From NCBI RefSeq assembly GCF_006345805.1, contig NC_043006.1, positions 22,010,001 to 22,074,000 on the forward strand: a stretch of DNA of 64,000 nucleotides, read 5' to 3'. Each line of letters begins with the position of its first letter. Position 1 is the first letter of the stretch. The position numbers and the translations under genes were made by a program. The notes beneath the pieces were generated by a model. That model was given only the letters and a program-made list of their open reading frames with translations, ran no database searches and was not told the origin of the DNA. The DNA comes from Octopus sinensis (Eukaryota). This document shows, piece by piece, positions 22,669 through 36,902 of this stretch.

Positions 22669-24039
22669 TACATTTTTTTAACTATATTCTTTGTGGTTTT
22701 TGTCACTGTTTACAATTTTCTTCCAATTGTTTTCATATTTGCTATATGGATTAAGTTTTGTATACTAATTATGAAAATAAATTTCATTTTTCATATTACT
22801 CCATGATTAAAAAGTTATTAGTCTTTAAGATTTGCAAAATTTGAATGTTTTAGCCAATCAGAAGCGAGTATTTTACACATCACCGTGGCGAAAAGCTCTG
22901 TTTCCATAGCAACCAAAGATGCTGCACATGCACACAAGAAGGAGAAGGTGATACGAGAAAGATAATCGTTTTGCTATAATAATATTCTTGTGTTTTTCTC
23001 TGTCACAACATATGAATGAGAAAGGAAGGGGTGATAGATGAATAAGGAAGGAAGGGATGATAGCAAACTTGTAGTTTTTTCTTTTGGCTTTATTGAGAAA
23101 ATTCTATAATTTGTAGGATATTGAATAGAGATCCGTTGTTTTTTTTCTTCAATTTCTGCAATTTCAACCAATCAATGGCGTCTATTGAGGTGAAAACATT
23201 CCGTGCCGTATGAATATGTCCCTCGTTTAAGAAACAGATTGGGTTTATTTACATTTCTGAAGAAAAAAAGATACCCTACCTGACCCTAACTCTAACCCTA
23301 ACCCTAAAACAGATCGAAATGCAATAGATCGATACTAGGGTCATAATTATGGGTGACAATTTCATATGACACTGCTAGAAAAAACTGCCGTTCAAACCGA
23401 AAAGATCCAAGTTTTCACGCCTATTTGTATTTATCATATCAAAATTATATAGAAATTTTATATTTCATGTTTCGTTCGGTGGTACACAAATCTAAAAATC
23501 ATGGTCCTTTGAATAATGAAAGCTTTGGGTTAATATTTGTTTCATACATCTTCGACTTTGCGTTTACTGTCAGGAAATATATTAATTTCGCTTAAAATAT
23601 TTATTACAACACAATATACATACTGCGCTATTTTTCCTACATTAGAATTTTTCGATTCAATAAATACTTGCAGAAAGCCACTCGGAGGACGTTGTCTTTG
23701 CTTGTTATTATTAGTGAGTAAGCTAAAGACACAACAGTAGAGCAGGACTGAGATTTTATAAGTCATTCGGAGAGAAATTCCTTTTATAAGGCAATTAACT
23801 TATATTTATACAATGACTTCGCATAGTTTCCTGGAAACAAATTTCTCGGAAACATCACTCAAGTGTAAGCTTTTGAGAACATCGTTTACCTTGAGAACAA
23901 ATCTGTCTGGTTTTACTTGTACCCTTGTCAATCGGCGTACCCTTTAGCATTAGTTATGACTAAACACAAATAAACCATTCCTCCTATTTCAAAAATTAGG
24001 ACTGGAAAAGTTAATTCGTAATCTTCCATTTTAATATTT

Positions 24040-24655
24040 TATGGACACATTTGCTTGTGTCCATGAATTGAGCGGTAACGAGCAAGCAAACCAGCGGAGA
24101 TTGTGGCTCGTTGATTTTTGTTGTCACTTAAAACATGCGGAACCCATGCTCCATACTTCTAAACCTTTCCCATCGAGTGAAGATGATTCTCTATAGCAGT
24201 GTGGGAATATTCCATTTTCTCTGCCAGTTCCCTTGTCGTTTGACGAGAATTTTCGTGCAAAAGTAGGCTTAATCAATTCTTCATCGAACTCAAATGTGCG
24301 TCACTGAGGTCAAAATTTCCATTTTTGAACTTGGCATACCAATCACGAGCGGTTCTTTCAGCTATGGCAGCCTCTCCATACGCAGCACAAATGTCGCGAG
24401 CAGCTTTTGCGGCCTTAGAACCTTGATTAAAAGCAAAAAGATGAAGGTGTCGAAAATGCTCGTTTTTCTTAACTTGACATTCCATTTTAATGATCTGAAA
24501 ATAAACAAAAATTAACTAAAATTAACGAGAAAAAAAAAAAAAGATTCCAAAATTATTCAAAAATAGATTTCTCGAAAAAAATAGATTCCAAAATTTAAAA
24601 ACGCAAGGAATTCTAAAATTTAAAAAATCGGCGGAAATTTAGTTGCCAACCAAAT
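24040..24655 (-). mobile_element. Truncated mariner (duplicate)
   Basis: ORF 24273-24485 encodes the mariner N-terminal HTH. TIR-like end at ~24640-24655. Confidence 0.85.
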
Positions 24656-24704
24656 CGATTATCAATATTGCTTATGTACATAATATAAGATCTGCAAGTT
24701 ATCC

Positions 24705-24795
24705 GCCCGCATAGCTCAGTCGGTAGAGCATCAGACTTTTAAAGCTAATTCCGTAGGTGATCTGAGGGTCGCGGGTTCAAGTCCCTCTGCGGGCG
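24705..24795 (+). tRNA. tRNA-Lys(TTT) with 18-nt intron, class B
   Basis: Perfect acceptor stem GCCCGCA/TGCGGGC. Intron aagctaattccgtaggtg. T8 terminator. Confidence 0.92.
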
Positions 24796-25489
24796 CACTT
24801 CTTTTTTTTCTTTTCAGTAGCAGGTATACGTGTTGAGTTTCCTCTGGAATTTTATACTGTGCGTGCCTGCTTTTTAAAAATATATTTGTTTATTCAAAAT
24901 TTTAGAAATAAATTTTGGAACGGATTGCCCGCGATACAGTTTTATAATTACGTTGATATATGTTTACCTACATTTTGAAATATGTATATATTATTTCATA
25001 TTGCTAACGCGGTGAGCTGGCAAAATCGTTAGCATGCCAAACATAATGCTTAGCGACATTTCGTCCGTCTTCACATAGAATGCTGCCGAGATGGACTTTG
25101 CCTTTTATCGTTTCGGAGTCAATAAATACTTCAACAACAGTAGCCTAGTTTCGAAGGAGTTACTCGGGTGACATCGAGCATGAATTTGGGCTTAAAAGAT
25201 TCTTCATTTCAAGAACTTTGATGATATCAATCACAAACATGAAACACCACAAACGATGTTAACGATGTCGATGACAACGATAATGACGATGATAATGATG
25301 CAGAGGAAGAGTTTTATGACCCCCACCCCCACCCCAACCCCCCAACCCCCAAAAAAGAGGTTCGTCAAGGCACCTCGAAAGATATTCTCATCATCTTGGG
25401 GAGCCGGAATACCAAACTAGATAGATAGCTGGGCTTTGGGGGATTAGATGAATATATGATTGTGGAGTGCGACGTTTAGACTTTATCAG

Positions 25490-25679
25490 CAGCTCCATGC
25501 TTACCCTAATCAACACAGTTCCATGCTTTCCCTAATCAACGCAGTTCCATGCTTACCCTAATCAACACAGTTCCATGCTTACCCTAATCAACGCAGTTCC
25601 ATGCTTACCCTAATCAACGCAGTTCCATGCTTACCCTAATCAACACAGTTCCATGCTTACCCTAATCAACGCAGTTCCA
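25490..25679 (+). repeat. 26-bp minisatellite x7.3 (duplicate)
   Basis: Same unit as 12931-13120. Confidence 0.95.
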
Positions 25680-27240
25680 CACAAAAACTCCAAGAGAACA
25701 ACCTAATGGCGAAGTTCATAACTAGACTGATTTCATTCTCGCACTTAAAAACACATCGAGTCTAGCATTTGAAAGAAAAAGAACAAGTGCTGGTCTTTCC
25801 CCTATGCAAATGCCAGTAGTGATAACGACATGGTATTGATAATACTCAAATTCAAGATGGAAAAAAAGTCTATATGAAAAGAATACTGCCTATAATATTC
25901 GTTGTGGAAATGTCGGAAGATCCAGAGGTTGCTTTAATATTTGAGTCCAACGTGGATGGCAGGTTTGCGGTCTCCAGTTTGCAAGAAGAAGAATATATTA
26001 ACTTCGAGACTGACAACTTGTAGGAAGCACTTTATGAATCAGCTTTAGAAGTTCTGACCAGAAGGAAGTAAAAACACAAACAACAAATTATAGATTACCG
26101 ATGACACACTTAGACTTGCGTATTACAAAACGGGGCATAAAGATAGATCAAGGTAACAGATTTTGAAGCTACTCAGCAACACTCCACAGTAAATAAGCGA
26201 ATCAGAAATAAAATAAAGGAAGCCAAGAAGAAGTATATAACAGAGCAGATGCTATCCATGCTACGAACAAGGAAGCAATTCATCGTCACTGTTATTAAAG
26301 ACAAAATAGGCTCTCTTCTCATTGACGAGTCAGTACTATCAGAAGATAAACCGAGTATTTTGTGTAGAACATTACGATAACCGTAAATCCTTGATTATAG
26401 TCCGCCCTTGAGTATAATACGCAGGGGATTTTTAGAGGGCTGTACCTCTGAAAAACCTAGACCTTGTGTATAATACGCACCCCTTCTCTAACTTGAGTCA
26501 AGGAGGTCTATATAACGTCCTTGGTTTGTAAAAATGTATACAGTAACGTCCTTTATTATTATTGTATATATATCGCCACCACCCCCTGCCGGAGCCTCGT
26601 GGAGCTTTAGGTGTTTTCGCTCAATAAACACTCACAACGCCCGGTCTAGGAATCGAAACCGCGATCCTACGACCGCGAGTCCGCTGCCCTAACCACTAGG
26701 CCATTGCGCCTCCACATTATTTTATATGTAACACAATGCAAACGTGTAGCCTTTTTGTGCATTTTGTTTGCAGAAAATAAAGAAATAACATTAATAACGT
26801 TTAATAAATATTGCTTACTGCAAGTTATGGATGATTCTTTTATGACTTCATTGCTTTCAGGCTTAGCTTAAGGAATTTTCGCGCCCGACATCGCGAAATG
26901 CGTCCGAATAAACACTGCCGGACAGCAAATAGAGACTCAGACATTGCTTAGAAAATAATCTTCATTTTCAAGCTCGTGTATAATACGCGCTAGGGATTTT
27001 GACCTTTAAATTTTGGGGGGGAAATGCGTATTATACTCGAGGATTTACGGTATAACGTCAGTAATAACGGCAAGAAGGCGGAAAATCATCATGGGTGGAC
27101 GTGCAACCTCTTCGACATACACACGCTTTTCGTCTCATCCTGACATCGAACCCTGCATTGTCTACGAACTTTTGCACATATATAAGACTCTCAACAACTC
27201 TTTTTCTCTGCATGCATATCTTTTTTTCACTTTCAACAGT

Positions 27241-27625
27241 GAAGAAGCACTCCGTCGGTTACGACGATGAGGGTTCCGGTTGACCCGATCAACGGAACAG
27301 CCTGCTCGTGAAATTAACGTGTAAGTGGCTGAGCACTCCACAGACACGTGTACCCTTAACGTAGTTCTCGGGGATATTCAGCGTGACACAGAGAGTGACA
27401 AGGCCGGCCCTTTGAAATACAGGTACAACAGAAACAGGAAGTAAGAGTGAGAGAAAGTTGTGGTGAAAGAGTACAGCAGGGATCGCCACCACCCCCTGCC
27501 GGAGCCTCGTGGAGCTTTAGGTGTTTTCGCTCAATAAACACTCACAACGCCCGGTCTGAGAATCGAAACCGCGATCCTACGACCGCGAGTCCGCTGCCCT
27601 AACCACTGGGCCATTGCGCCTCCAC
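27241..27625 (-). mobile_element. SINE family C, tail variant 2 (duplicate)
   Basis: Same TSD actttcaacagt. Confidence 0.9.
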
Positions 27626-28115
27626 ACTTTCAACAGTAGACTTTTAACAAAGGACACTATTTTCAGCTAAGTTTAATCACTTTTGTTCACTCGTTTTTAT
27701 TCTGTTCATTTCTTTTGCTGCACCACATAATGTTCATACATGTACCTGCATGCTGACATTATCACATTCATGTACCACACCATGCCTTTCTCGCTTATTT
27801 TTCATGCTCCCCGCACCCTTGTAGATACAACTCACCCCTGTAAGACCCTAGGTCAGTCACATATACATAGAAAAAGATGTTTGTCCCTTACAACGCGTCC
27901 GCATGCCACACTTTGCTCCTGCACGTTCAACGCATTAAATACCTCGTGCATCTGCTGACATATCCAGCATTGCCTCAGTCACTGGCATATGTATCGCTGT
28001 TTCGTATTTGTAATAACTGCACTGGCATACTACCTCGGCCATGAGCCCTTTTGCACATACGCACACGCAACTCTGTTACGCCTCTACAGCCTTGTTTCTC
28101 AACACGTCCGTGCCA

Positions 28116-28408
28116 TCATCATCGACATTGTTCGAACGTGGTCGAGACAATGGAATTTACCATGCTACGCCAGACTTCACGGTCCATCATGGCATTACGG
28201 GGGTCCTGTTGCTGGATGCCTATATCCCTGGAGATTACATCAGGGTAGGAGAGTGTGCGCCCTCTGGTATTGCGAGTAGATGGCTTCCAGAGGAGAAGAG
28301 TAGAAATTGACTCGTTTTCAGCTCTACAACAATGTCCAGCAAACTGGACACTCCTACCTTTCACAAGAGATGACACAGGCGGTAGTTTCCCATATATTTC
28401 ATGCTCAG
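28116..28408 (-). mobile_element. 5'-truncated RTE/RTE-X LINE with 7-bp TSD
   Basis: EIYGKLPPVSSLVKGRSVQFAGHCCRA...LLLWKP...RGR...MMDREVWRSMV. Short (GAT)n tail. TSD cgtgcca at 28109-28115 and 28409-28415. Empty site at ~15556. Confidence 0.85.
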
Positions 28409-29377
28409 CGTGCCAGCTCAGCTCTTTACCCGACTCGATGCACGTCGAATGTTCACATGCTCTGCGCTCATGTTTAGGCATAAATTTCCCTCTGTTAGAC
28501 CCCCGTATGGTCACATAATGAATGGAGAAATTTACCTGTCTCGCGCATCACTCCAGCATGCTACACTATTGTTCTTGCTAACCTCAGCAATTACCCGTGA
28601 CAACAACACCAGACACGTTTCACTTCTGAAAACTTTCAAGGCATTTCACACACCACAATCCTGCAGCAAGATCTACGATATCATGGATTGAGAATGAGCT
28701 CACTTGCTCACCTGAGCTTATTTTACAGTGAATTTTGATACTGGCACCTGCACTCGTGTATATATCTTCATGCGCACGCACGAGCTAATATATTTTCCAT
28801 CCTGCTCAGTCACTAACTGCACATTTTGGCACGCAAAATGACACCGCTATTCGGACTCTCTCCTGATATGCAAAATTTTTCCTCAGCCATGCATTTCTTT
28901 CTCTTCTTCGATCGTTCGTTTCCTTTTCCTGGAATCTCTGTGGAGGTGGAGTGATGTAGTGGCTTTATGCAGGTATGGCGTGGATTCGATCCTTGATCGC
29001 CAAATTAACAGTTCAACAGCACATTTCTCACGGTAAAACAATAGTCTTTCTGTGAGTGACAGCAGTTACATTTACCAGATGCCTTCGCTAAACAGAATAA
29101 TGTCTTTGCCACTTGACTCTTCTAACCTCTTCTATTTCACCAAAAGCTAGAATAGAGATAACAGGTCCCCAACGAAATTTATTGTTCTCAACGATATGTC
29201 TCTCCTTCTGACTGGTTTTGCATAGTTATAAATACAAGAATTTGGTAAGGCAAAATCAATTCTTGTACTGTGTAAATTCCTTCTATTTCATTATATCCGA
29301 TATTTAGACAAACTAACCCCAGCCCCTAAATCTTTTTTGTTTTGTCCTTGTGCTGTCCCCTTTGTGCAAACCATTTA

Positions 29378-29773
29378 TCTTTATATATAAAAGTCAAGTT
29401 GTGTGTCTGTCTCCTACGATTTAGATTCCTAACTACTCCCACATTTTGCGGTGCAGTTTAACCAAAACCGGGTATCTTATAGTCGTGATTCATATCGAAC
29501 CCTTCTGGGTATTAGCGCGCGTCTACGATGAGTCTACGATTAAAAAAATAATTTACCATCATTTTTTTCCATTTTAATGCATTTTTTTCGCTATTATATA
29601 AGGGTAATAACTCTCTAAAAATGTCTACAATGAGTCAACGATTAAAAAAAAAATTTACCATTATTTTTTCCATTTTTATTGCATTTTTTGCTATTTTGGG
29701 GCTATAACACTCTAAAAATGCTTATATAGTTATTTCCCTTACAAACCCGAGCAACGCCGGGCGATACTGCTAG
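29378..29773 (+). mobile_element. Non-autonomous Helitron (duplicate)
   Basis: TC...hairpin-CTAG. Confidence 0.85.
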
Positions 29774-30475
29774 TTGGTTATAAAAAATTAGTTAGTGAAC
29801 CGGCTGGTCTGTTACTTCAACTACCACCTGTCCAGAAAGACAAGTCTGGAGAAGAGGTGCCTGTCTCCAAGGAACGTTTGAGAAAAGATGGGCAAATGTC
29901 GTAAGGAAGTTTAGAGTGAATGGGGCCGCACTAGTGGAGCCGGTCAGAACGGAAAGGAAGGAAAAAACGAAAATTATGCAGGAAAATGCTATCTATAAAA
30001 ATAAAAGAGGAAAAAAGGGGAGGGGAACGACGGGTTGAACACAAACCCGAAAAAACTTTATATCATCTTTAATTTTTAACCAATTTTAATTCTTTCTATT
30101 TCATTTTGTTCAATTTCTCATTCCGATTTAATCATTGTATAACCCCAGTCCTTAAATGTTTTTGTTTTGTCCTTATGTTGTCCCTCTTTGTTAGACCTTT
30201 TTGGTAATTAAAGAAATTAGTTAGTGAACGGAGACAACTAGAGTCATGGCCACAAGCTGGCAGCCACTAAAGACAAACGGTCAGAGGGAGAAAGAAGGTT
30301 ACAATCAACCAACTATGAGACTCAACTTCCCTCGACTTTATGACTTTCAGTGGCTCAGTTTCTTTTCTCTTACATAATTCTATCACTATCTCTGGTTTAC
30401 TACTACAATTAGAACGTGAACACACATACAGGCCGAAATTAACTTCCTTAACCTCGCATGCGCTTTCAATTATAT

Positions 30476-30949
30476 AATAATAATAATGAAATTATTGTAT
30501 AGAGTGCTCAGGTGCACCACAACTTGTCAGAAAGTGCATATAAAGTACATGCAGTAACGTAAAAATGTCTGGAAAGTGAACAATGTATGAGTCAGATACA
30601 TGCTTGTGTGTGTATGGAGAGGAGAAAAGCAGGTGTAGTGTTGGCGAATCTCAGAAAGCATGGAAGTTTTGAAGGATGCAGTGCTCCGACAACTAACAAC
30701 TGATGCCGGCAGTTTGTTCCATGCTTCAGCAACTCTCAGCGTGAAAAAAATGTTTCCTGAAGTCATGGAAGCTGTGCTACTTTCTGACTTTGTAAATATG
30801 TCCACGGGTGTTAGACGGGTGGAGTTTGAAAAGGTGCTCAGAGTTATTGTTTGTACGATGGTTGATAATTTTATGGGTGTCTGCGAAGTCAGCTGCGAGA
30901 CGTCGGAGTTTCAATGTGTCCATGCCCAGGGAAGTAAGACGTCCAGGAT
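30476..30949 (-). mobile_element. CR1-clade LINE fragment (duplicate)
   Basis: Same TSD attatat. Confidence 0.85.
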
Positions 30950-32199
30950 ATTATATCACGCCTGCCCTTCGAGGCATAGAATTATATTAAGTAACGGTAA
31001 ATAAATATTTCTTTACAACTTCGATCACTGTTCTTCTTCCATCTTGCACATCTGCAACAACAACAACAACAACCGTTACACGGTGACCACTGATTCCACC
31101 TTAACCATACCGTCACAATTGGTAACCCTCGACTACATCGAATAACAATGCCGATGCAGCGACATTTTCTCTGAGAGTGAATAAAAAAATATTATAAAGG
31201 ATTTTACCCATTGCATAGTGTAGAGGAATTGTATCAATGTTTTCTGTGTTTGAATTGGATGTTAAATTATTGTCGTATATTAATGGTTTTTATGGTGTTT
31301 ATTATTTAAAAGGTCTATTTACAACACTTTACGTTCTGATTTCATATCCAGTCGTGGTCAGCTTTGTCTTTCACTACCCCAGCTTCAATAAAACAAAGTA
31401 CCAGTGAAAAACTGGGGGAATCCTCTCATCAAAATTATTTGCCTTATATCTAAATCAGAAACAATTATCGCAAGGTTTTAATATTCTATCTTCGCTCCTG
31501 TGTAGCACATGAGCTCAATTCTCCTTCCCTCTTCCTCTGACTCACCTCCTTTCCTCTCTTCACTCCTATCCACCTTCTCCCTTCATCGTTACCCCCTCCA
31601 TCCACACTTCAACCTACACACCCCAGCCCTACCACCCCGCCCACACATCCCACATACACACCTCTACCCCACATCCTCACTTCAAACCTACACCCTACCC
31701 TCACATCCTCGCACGCCACCCTCGCATCCCCACATCCCAAAACTACCACACCACCTCACACACCAGCACACCACATACCACACTACATCACATCACCCCG
31801 CACACACTAGCACTGACCCCTTCTCAGCACCCACACCACACACCACTACACCATATCACACCACCCCGCACATACAAGCATTGACCACTTCCCAGCACCC
31901 ACACTATCATCCACACACCCACACATTACAGACGCACACACACACACACTCACATACCCACGCACGCGCACCTTCGTTTGAGGATCACCAATACTTTATT
32001 ATCTCCCCTTCTTCCTGGTTCTACTCTCTAACGACCTCTGTCCAGCCATCCGCCATGATTGACCGCTAGCTCCAAACGTAAAAGACTTTCTCACCTTTCC
32101 GAGCATTAAACTAATACACCTGTTTGTTGTTTATACACCTGTGTTCGTCTTTTGTTTTTCTGTAAATTCCAACTATATATATGTGTGTGTGTGTGTGTG

Positions 32200-32429
32200 T
32201 GTATCTTTGGCGATTTTTTTTCCTCCGTCTTCCATTCTTTGCATTTTTCATTTTCCTATGTTTCTGACGAAGCGCTCCGCTCGAAACATTAAATCCTCTT
32301 TCTTTCTTTCTTTCCTTTCCTGAAGGAGGATTTAACGTTTCGAGCGGAGCTCTTCGTCAGAAACAGAGGAAAATGAAAAATCCAAAGAAGGGAACAGGGA
32401 GGAAAAAATCGCCAAAGATACACACGCGG

Positions 32430-32430
<1 letters not shown>
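32200..32430. mobile_element. Fold-back hammerhead-like element (paralog)
   Basis: Minus-arm motif intact (~32331-32363). Plus-arm motif mutated. Confidence 0.6.
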
Positions 32431-32462
<32 letters not shown>

Positions 32463-33023
32463 ACACACACACACACATGCACACACACATACATACATAG
32501 ATACATACATACATACATACATACATACATACATACATACATACATAATACATACATACATACATACATACATACATACATGCACAGACACATACATACA
32601 TACATACATACATACATACATACATACATACATACATACATGCATACATACATACATACATACATACCTATCTATACTTAAATACATATTGAAAGTAATA
32701 GGCATGAAACTCTCGATACATAATGAAACTAACTGAAATTGAAACAATATGTTAGGGGAAGTATTAATAGAGATGTTATTGTTTCACTTTTGACTCGTAA
32801 TACGGAAACAATGATAAAAGATTGCTCCGGGCTTGCATTAGGCAAGAAGTTAAAAAAAGTTTTTGACCCATGACACTGCATGGACTCTAAGTAAGGCATG
32901 TGTAAAATTTGAATAAATTCTGTTTAGTAATTCTCGAGTTTTAGTGATACACACATATTGATACAGACAGACAGACACACACACACACACACATTCTCAG
33001 CTTTATATATATATAGATATATA

Positions 33024-33232
33024 GGCGGCGAGCTGGCAGAAACGTTAGCGCGCCGGGCGAAATGCTTAGCGGTATTTCGTCTGTCGTTACGTTCTAGGTT
33101 CAAATTCCGCCGAGGTCGACTTTGCCTTTCATCCTCTCGTACCAGTTACGCACTGGGTCGATCTAATCGACTTAATCCCTTTGTCTTTCCTTGTTTGTCC
33201 CCTCTATGTTTAGCCCCTTGTGGGTAGTAAAG
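33024..33232 (+). mobile_element. SINE family B
   Basis: ggcggcgagctggcagaaacgttagc head, with an internal deletion. Confidence 0.8.
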
Positions 33233-33251
33233 AGTATATAGATATATGTAT

Positions 33252-33338
<87 letters not shown>

Positions 33339-33451
33339 CATGCATGCATACATGTACATTTATAAATGAAGACTAGTTACGACAGAAAATTTAATCAATT
33401 TTTCCCACACCGCAACATAAAACTAGGTTATCAAACTTGATAACTGTGTCC

Positions 33452-33535
33452 GCCCGCATAGCTCAGTCGGTAGAGCATCAGACTTTTAAGCATTAAGTGA
33501 TCTGAGGGTCGCGGGTTCAAGTCCCTCTGTGGGCG
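33452..33535 (+). tRNA. tRNA-Lys(TTT), 11-nt intron, class A
   Basis: Identical gene body to the 7129 copy. Confidence 0.92.
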
Positions 33536-34152
33536 TACTCGTTTTTACTATATTTTTTGTGGATTTGTCACTGTTTACAATTTTCTTCCAATTGTTTTCA
33601 TATTTGCTATATGGATTAAGTTTTGTAAACTAATTATGAAAATGAAATTCATTTTTTCATATTACTCCATGATTAAAAAGTTATTAGTCTTTAAGATTTG
33701 CAAAATTTGAATGTTATAGCCAATCAGAAGTGAGTATTTTACACATCACCGTGGCGAAAAGCTCTGTTTCCATAGCAACCAAAGATGCTGCATATGCACA
33801 CAAGAAGGAGAAGGTGATACGAGAAAGATAATCGTTTTTGCTATAATAATATTCTTATGTTTTTCTCTGTCACAACATATGAATGAGAAAGGAAGGGGTG
33901 ATAGATGAATAAGGAAGGAAGGGATGATGGCAAACTGGTAGTGGGAGCGTTTCACCTCTGTGTGAGTATATGTGCGCATGAGTGTGCGTGTACAAGGAAA
34001 GACGCAATGTTTTGATATGTTGACCCCCCCCTCTCACAGATGATGGAAGAGGCAACGAATGCGCTGTTTTCTGATTGGCTGAAAATTCTGAAAATTATCA
34101 AACTTTGAACACCTGTAACATTTTTGCAAAATTTTTCTGGAATAAATGAATA

Positions 34153-34323
34153 GGCGCAGGAGTGGCTGTGTGGTAAGTAGCTTGCTAACCAACCACATGG
34201 TTTCGGGTTCAGTCCCACTGAGTGGCATCTTGGGCAAGTGTATTCTGTTATAACCCCGGGCCGACCAATGCCTTGTGAGTGGATTTGGTAGACGGAAACT
34301 GAAAGAAGCCTGTCGAATATATG

Positions 34324-34354
<31 letters not shown>

Positions 34355-34560
34355 ATGTTTGTGTGTCTGTGTTTGTCCCGCTAGCATTGCTTGACAACCG
34401 ATGCTGGTGTGTTTACGTCCCCTTCACCTAGCGGTTTGGTAAAAGAGACCGATAGAATAAGTACTGGGCTTAAAAAGAATAAGTCCCGGGGTCGATTTGC
34501 TCGACTAAAGGCGGTGCTCCAGCATGGCCGCAGTCAAATGACTGAAACAAGTAAGAGAAA
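34153..34560 (+). mobile_element. SINE family A
   Basis: Paralog of the 21182 copy. Confidence 0.85.
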
Positions 34561-35730
34561 GAAAACAAAACCAATTCGGATTCAGCGTCAAAGATTACAT
34601 CTTTATGATACATTAGAAAAATGTAGATGGCTTCCAGAGGAGAAGAGTAGAAATTGCCTCGTTTTCAGCTCTACAACAATGTCCAGCAAACTGGATTCTT
34701 CTACCTTTCACAAGAGATGACACGGGTGGTAGTTTCCCATATATTTGCATGCTCAGCGTGCCAGCTCAGCTCTTTACCCGACTCGATGCACGTCGAATGT
34801 TCACATGCTCTGCGCTCATGTTTAGGCATAATTTCCCTCTGTTAGACCCCTGTATGGTCACATAATGAATGGAGAAATTTACCTGTCTCGCGCATCACTC
34901 CAGCATGCTACACTGTCGTTCTTGCTAACCTCAGCAATTACCCGTGACAACAACACCAGACACGTTTCACTTCTGAAAACTTTCACGGCATTTTACACGC
35001 TACAATCCTGCTGCAAGATCTACGATATCGTGGATTGAGAATGAGCTCACTTGCTCACCTGAGCTTATTTTACAGTGAATTTTCATACGTGCACCTGCAC
35101 TCGTGTATATATCTTCATGCGCACGCACGAGCTAATATATTTTCCATCCTGCTCAGTCACTAACTGCACATTTTGGCACGCAAAATGACACCGCTATTCG
35201 GACTCTCTCCTGATATGCAAAATTTTTCCTCAGCCATGCATTTCTTTCTCTTCTTCGATCGTTCGTTTCCTTTTCCTGGAATCTCTGTGGAGGGGGAGTG
35301 ATGTAGTGGCTTTATGCAGGTTTGGCGTGGATTCGATCCTTGATCGCCAAATTTCGCTTAACAGTTCAACAGCACTTTTGTCACGGTAAAACAATAGTCT
35401 TTCTGTGAGTGACAGCAGTTACATTTACCAGATGCCTTCGCTAAACAGAATAATGTCTTTGCCACTTGACTCTTCTAACCTCTTCTATTTCACCAAAAGC
35501 TAGAATAGAGATAACAGGCCCCCAACGAAACCTATTGTTTTCAACGATATGTCTCTCCTTCTGACTGGTTTTGCATAGTTATAAATACAAGAATTTGGTA
35601 AGGCAAAATCAGTTCTTGTACTGTGTAAATTCCTTCTATTTCATTATATCCGATATTTAGACAAACTAACCCCAGCCCCTAAATCTTTTTTGTTTTGTCC
35701 TTGTGCTGTCCCCTTTGTGCAAGCCATTTA

Positions 35731-36119
35731 TCTTTATATATAAAAGTCATGTTGTGTGTCGGTCTCCTACGATTTAGATTCCTAACTACTCCCACATTTT
35801 GCGGTGCAGTTTAACCAAAAGCGGTTATCTTATAGTCGTGATTCATATCGAGCCCTTCTGGGTATTAGCGCGCGTCTACGATGAGTCTACGATTTAAAAA
35901 AAAATTTACCATCATTTTTTTTCCATTTTAATGCATTTTCTTCGCTATTATATAAGGGAAGTAACTCTCTAAAAATGTCTACGATGAGTCAACGATTAAA
36001 AAAAAAATTTACCATCATTTTTTTTCCATTTTTGATGCATTTTTGGGCTATAACTCTCTAAAAATGCTTATATAGTTATTTCCCTTACAAGCCCGAGCAA
36101 CGCCGGGCGATACTGCTAG
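35731..36119 (+). mobile_element. Non-autonomous Helitron (third copy)
   Basis: TC...hairpin-CTAG. Confidence 0.8.
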
Positions 36120-36461
36120 CTGGTAATAAAAAAATTAGTTAGTGAACCGGCTGGTCTGTTATTTCAACTACCACCTGTCCAGAAAGAAAAGTCTGGAGAA
36201 GAGGTGCCTGTCTCCAAGGAACGTTTGAGAAAAGATGGGCAAATGTCGTAAGGAAGTCGAGAGTGAATTGGGCCGCACTAGTGTAGCCAGTCAGAACGGA
36301 AAAGAAGGAAAAAACGAAAATTATGCAGGAAAAAAGCTATCTATAAAAAGAAAAAAGAGGAAAAAAGGAGAGGGGAACGACGGGTTGAACACAAACCCGA
36401 AAAATCTTTATATCATCTTTAATTTTTAACCAATTTTAATCGCCAAAGATACACACGCAGC

Positions 36462-36499
<38 letters not shown>

Positions 36500-36611
36500 A
36501 CACACACACACACATATATATATAGTTAAATGTTTTGTTTTGTCCTTATGTTGTCCCCTCTTTGGTAGACCGTTTTGGTAATTAAAGAAACTAGTTAGTG
36601 AACGGAGACAA

Positions 36612-36653
<42 letters not shown>

Positions 36654-36666
36654 TGTGTGTGTGTGT

Positions 36667-36902
36667 CACTGCGTGTGTATCTTTGGCGATTTTTTTCCTC
36701 CGTCTTCCCTTCTTTGGATTTTTCATTTTCCTTTTTTTCTGACGAAGCGCTCCGCTCGAAACATTAAATCCTCCTTCTTTCTTTCCTTTCCTGAAGGAGG
36801 ATTTAACGTTTCGAGCGGAGCTCTTCGTCAGAAACAGAAGAAAAGGAAAAATCCAAAGAAGGGAACAGAGAGGGAAAAAATCGCCAAAGATACACACGCG
36901 GT
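36667..36902. mobile_element. Fold-back hammerhead-like element (paralog)
   Basis: Minus-arm motif intact (~36802-36834). Confidence 0.6.

Larger units (their letters stand above)
9480..34620 (+). repeat. Large tandem segmental duplication, units ~9480-21700 and ~22120-34620 (offset ~12.6 kb)
   Basis: tRNA pairs 9988/22585, 12106/24705 and 20292/33452. The mariner, RTE, MITE, SINE, Helitron and CR1 relics are all repeated in the same order. Confidence 0.9.
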
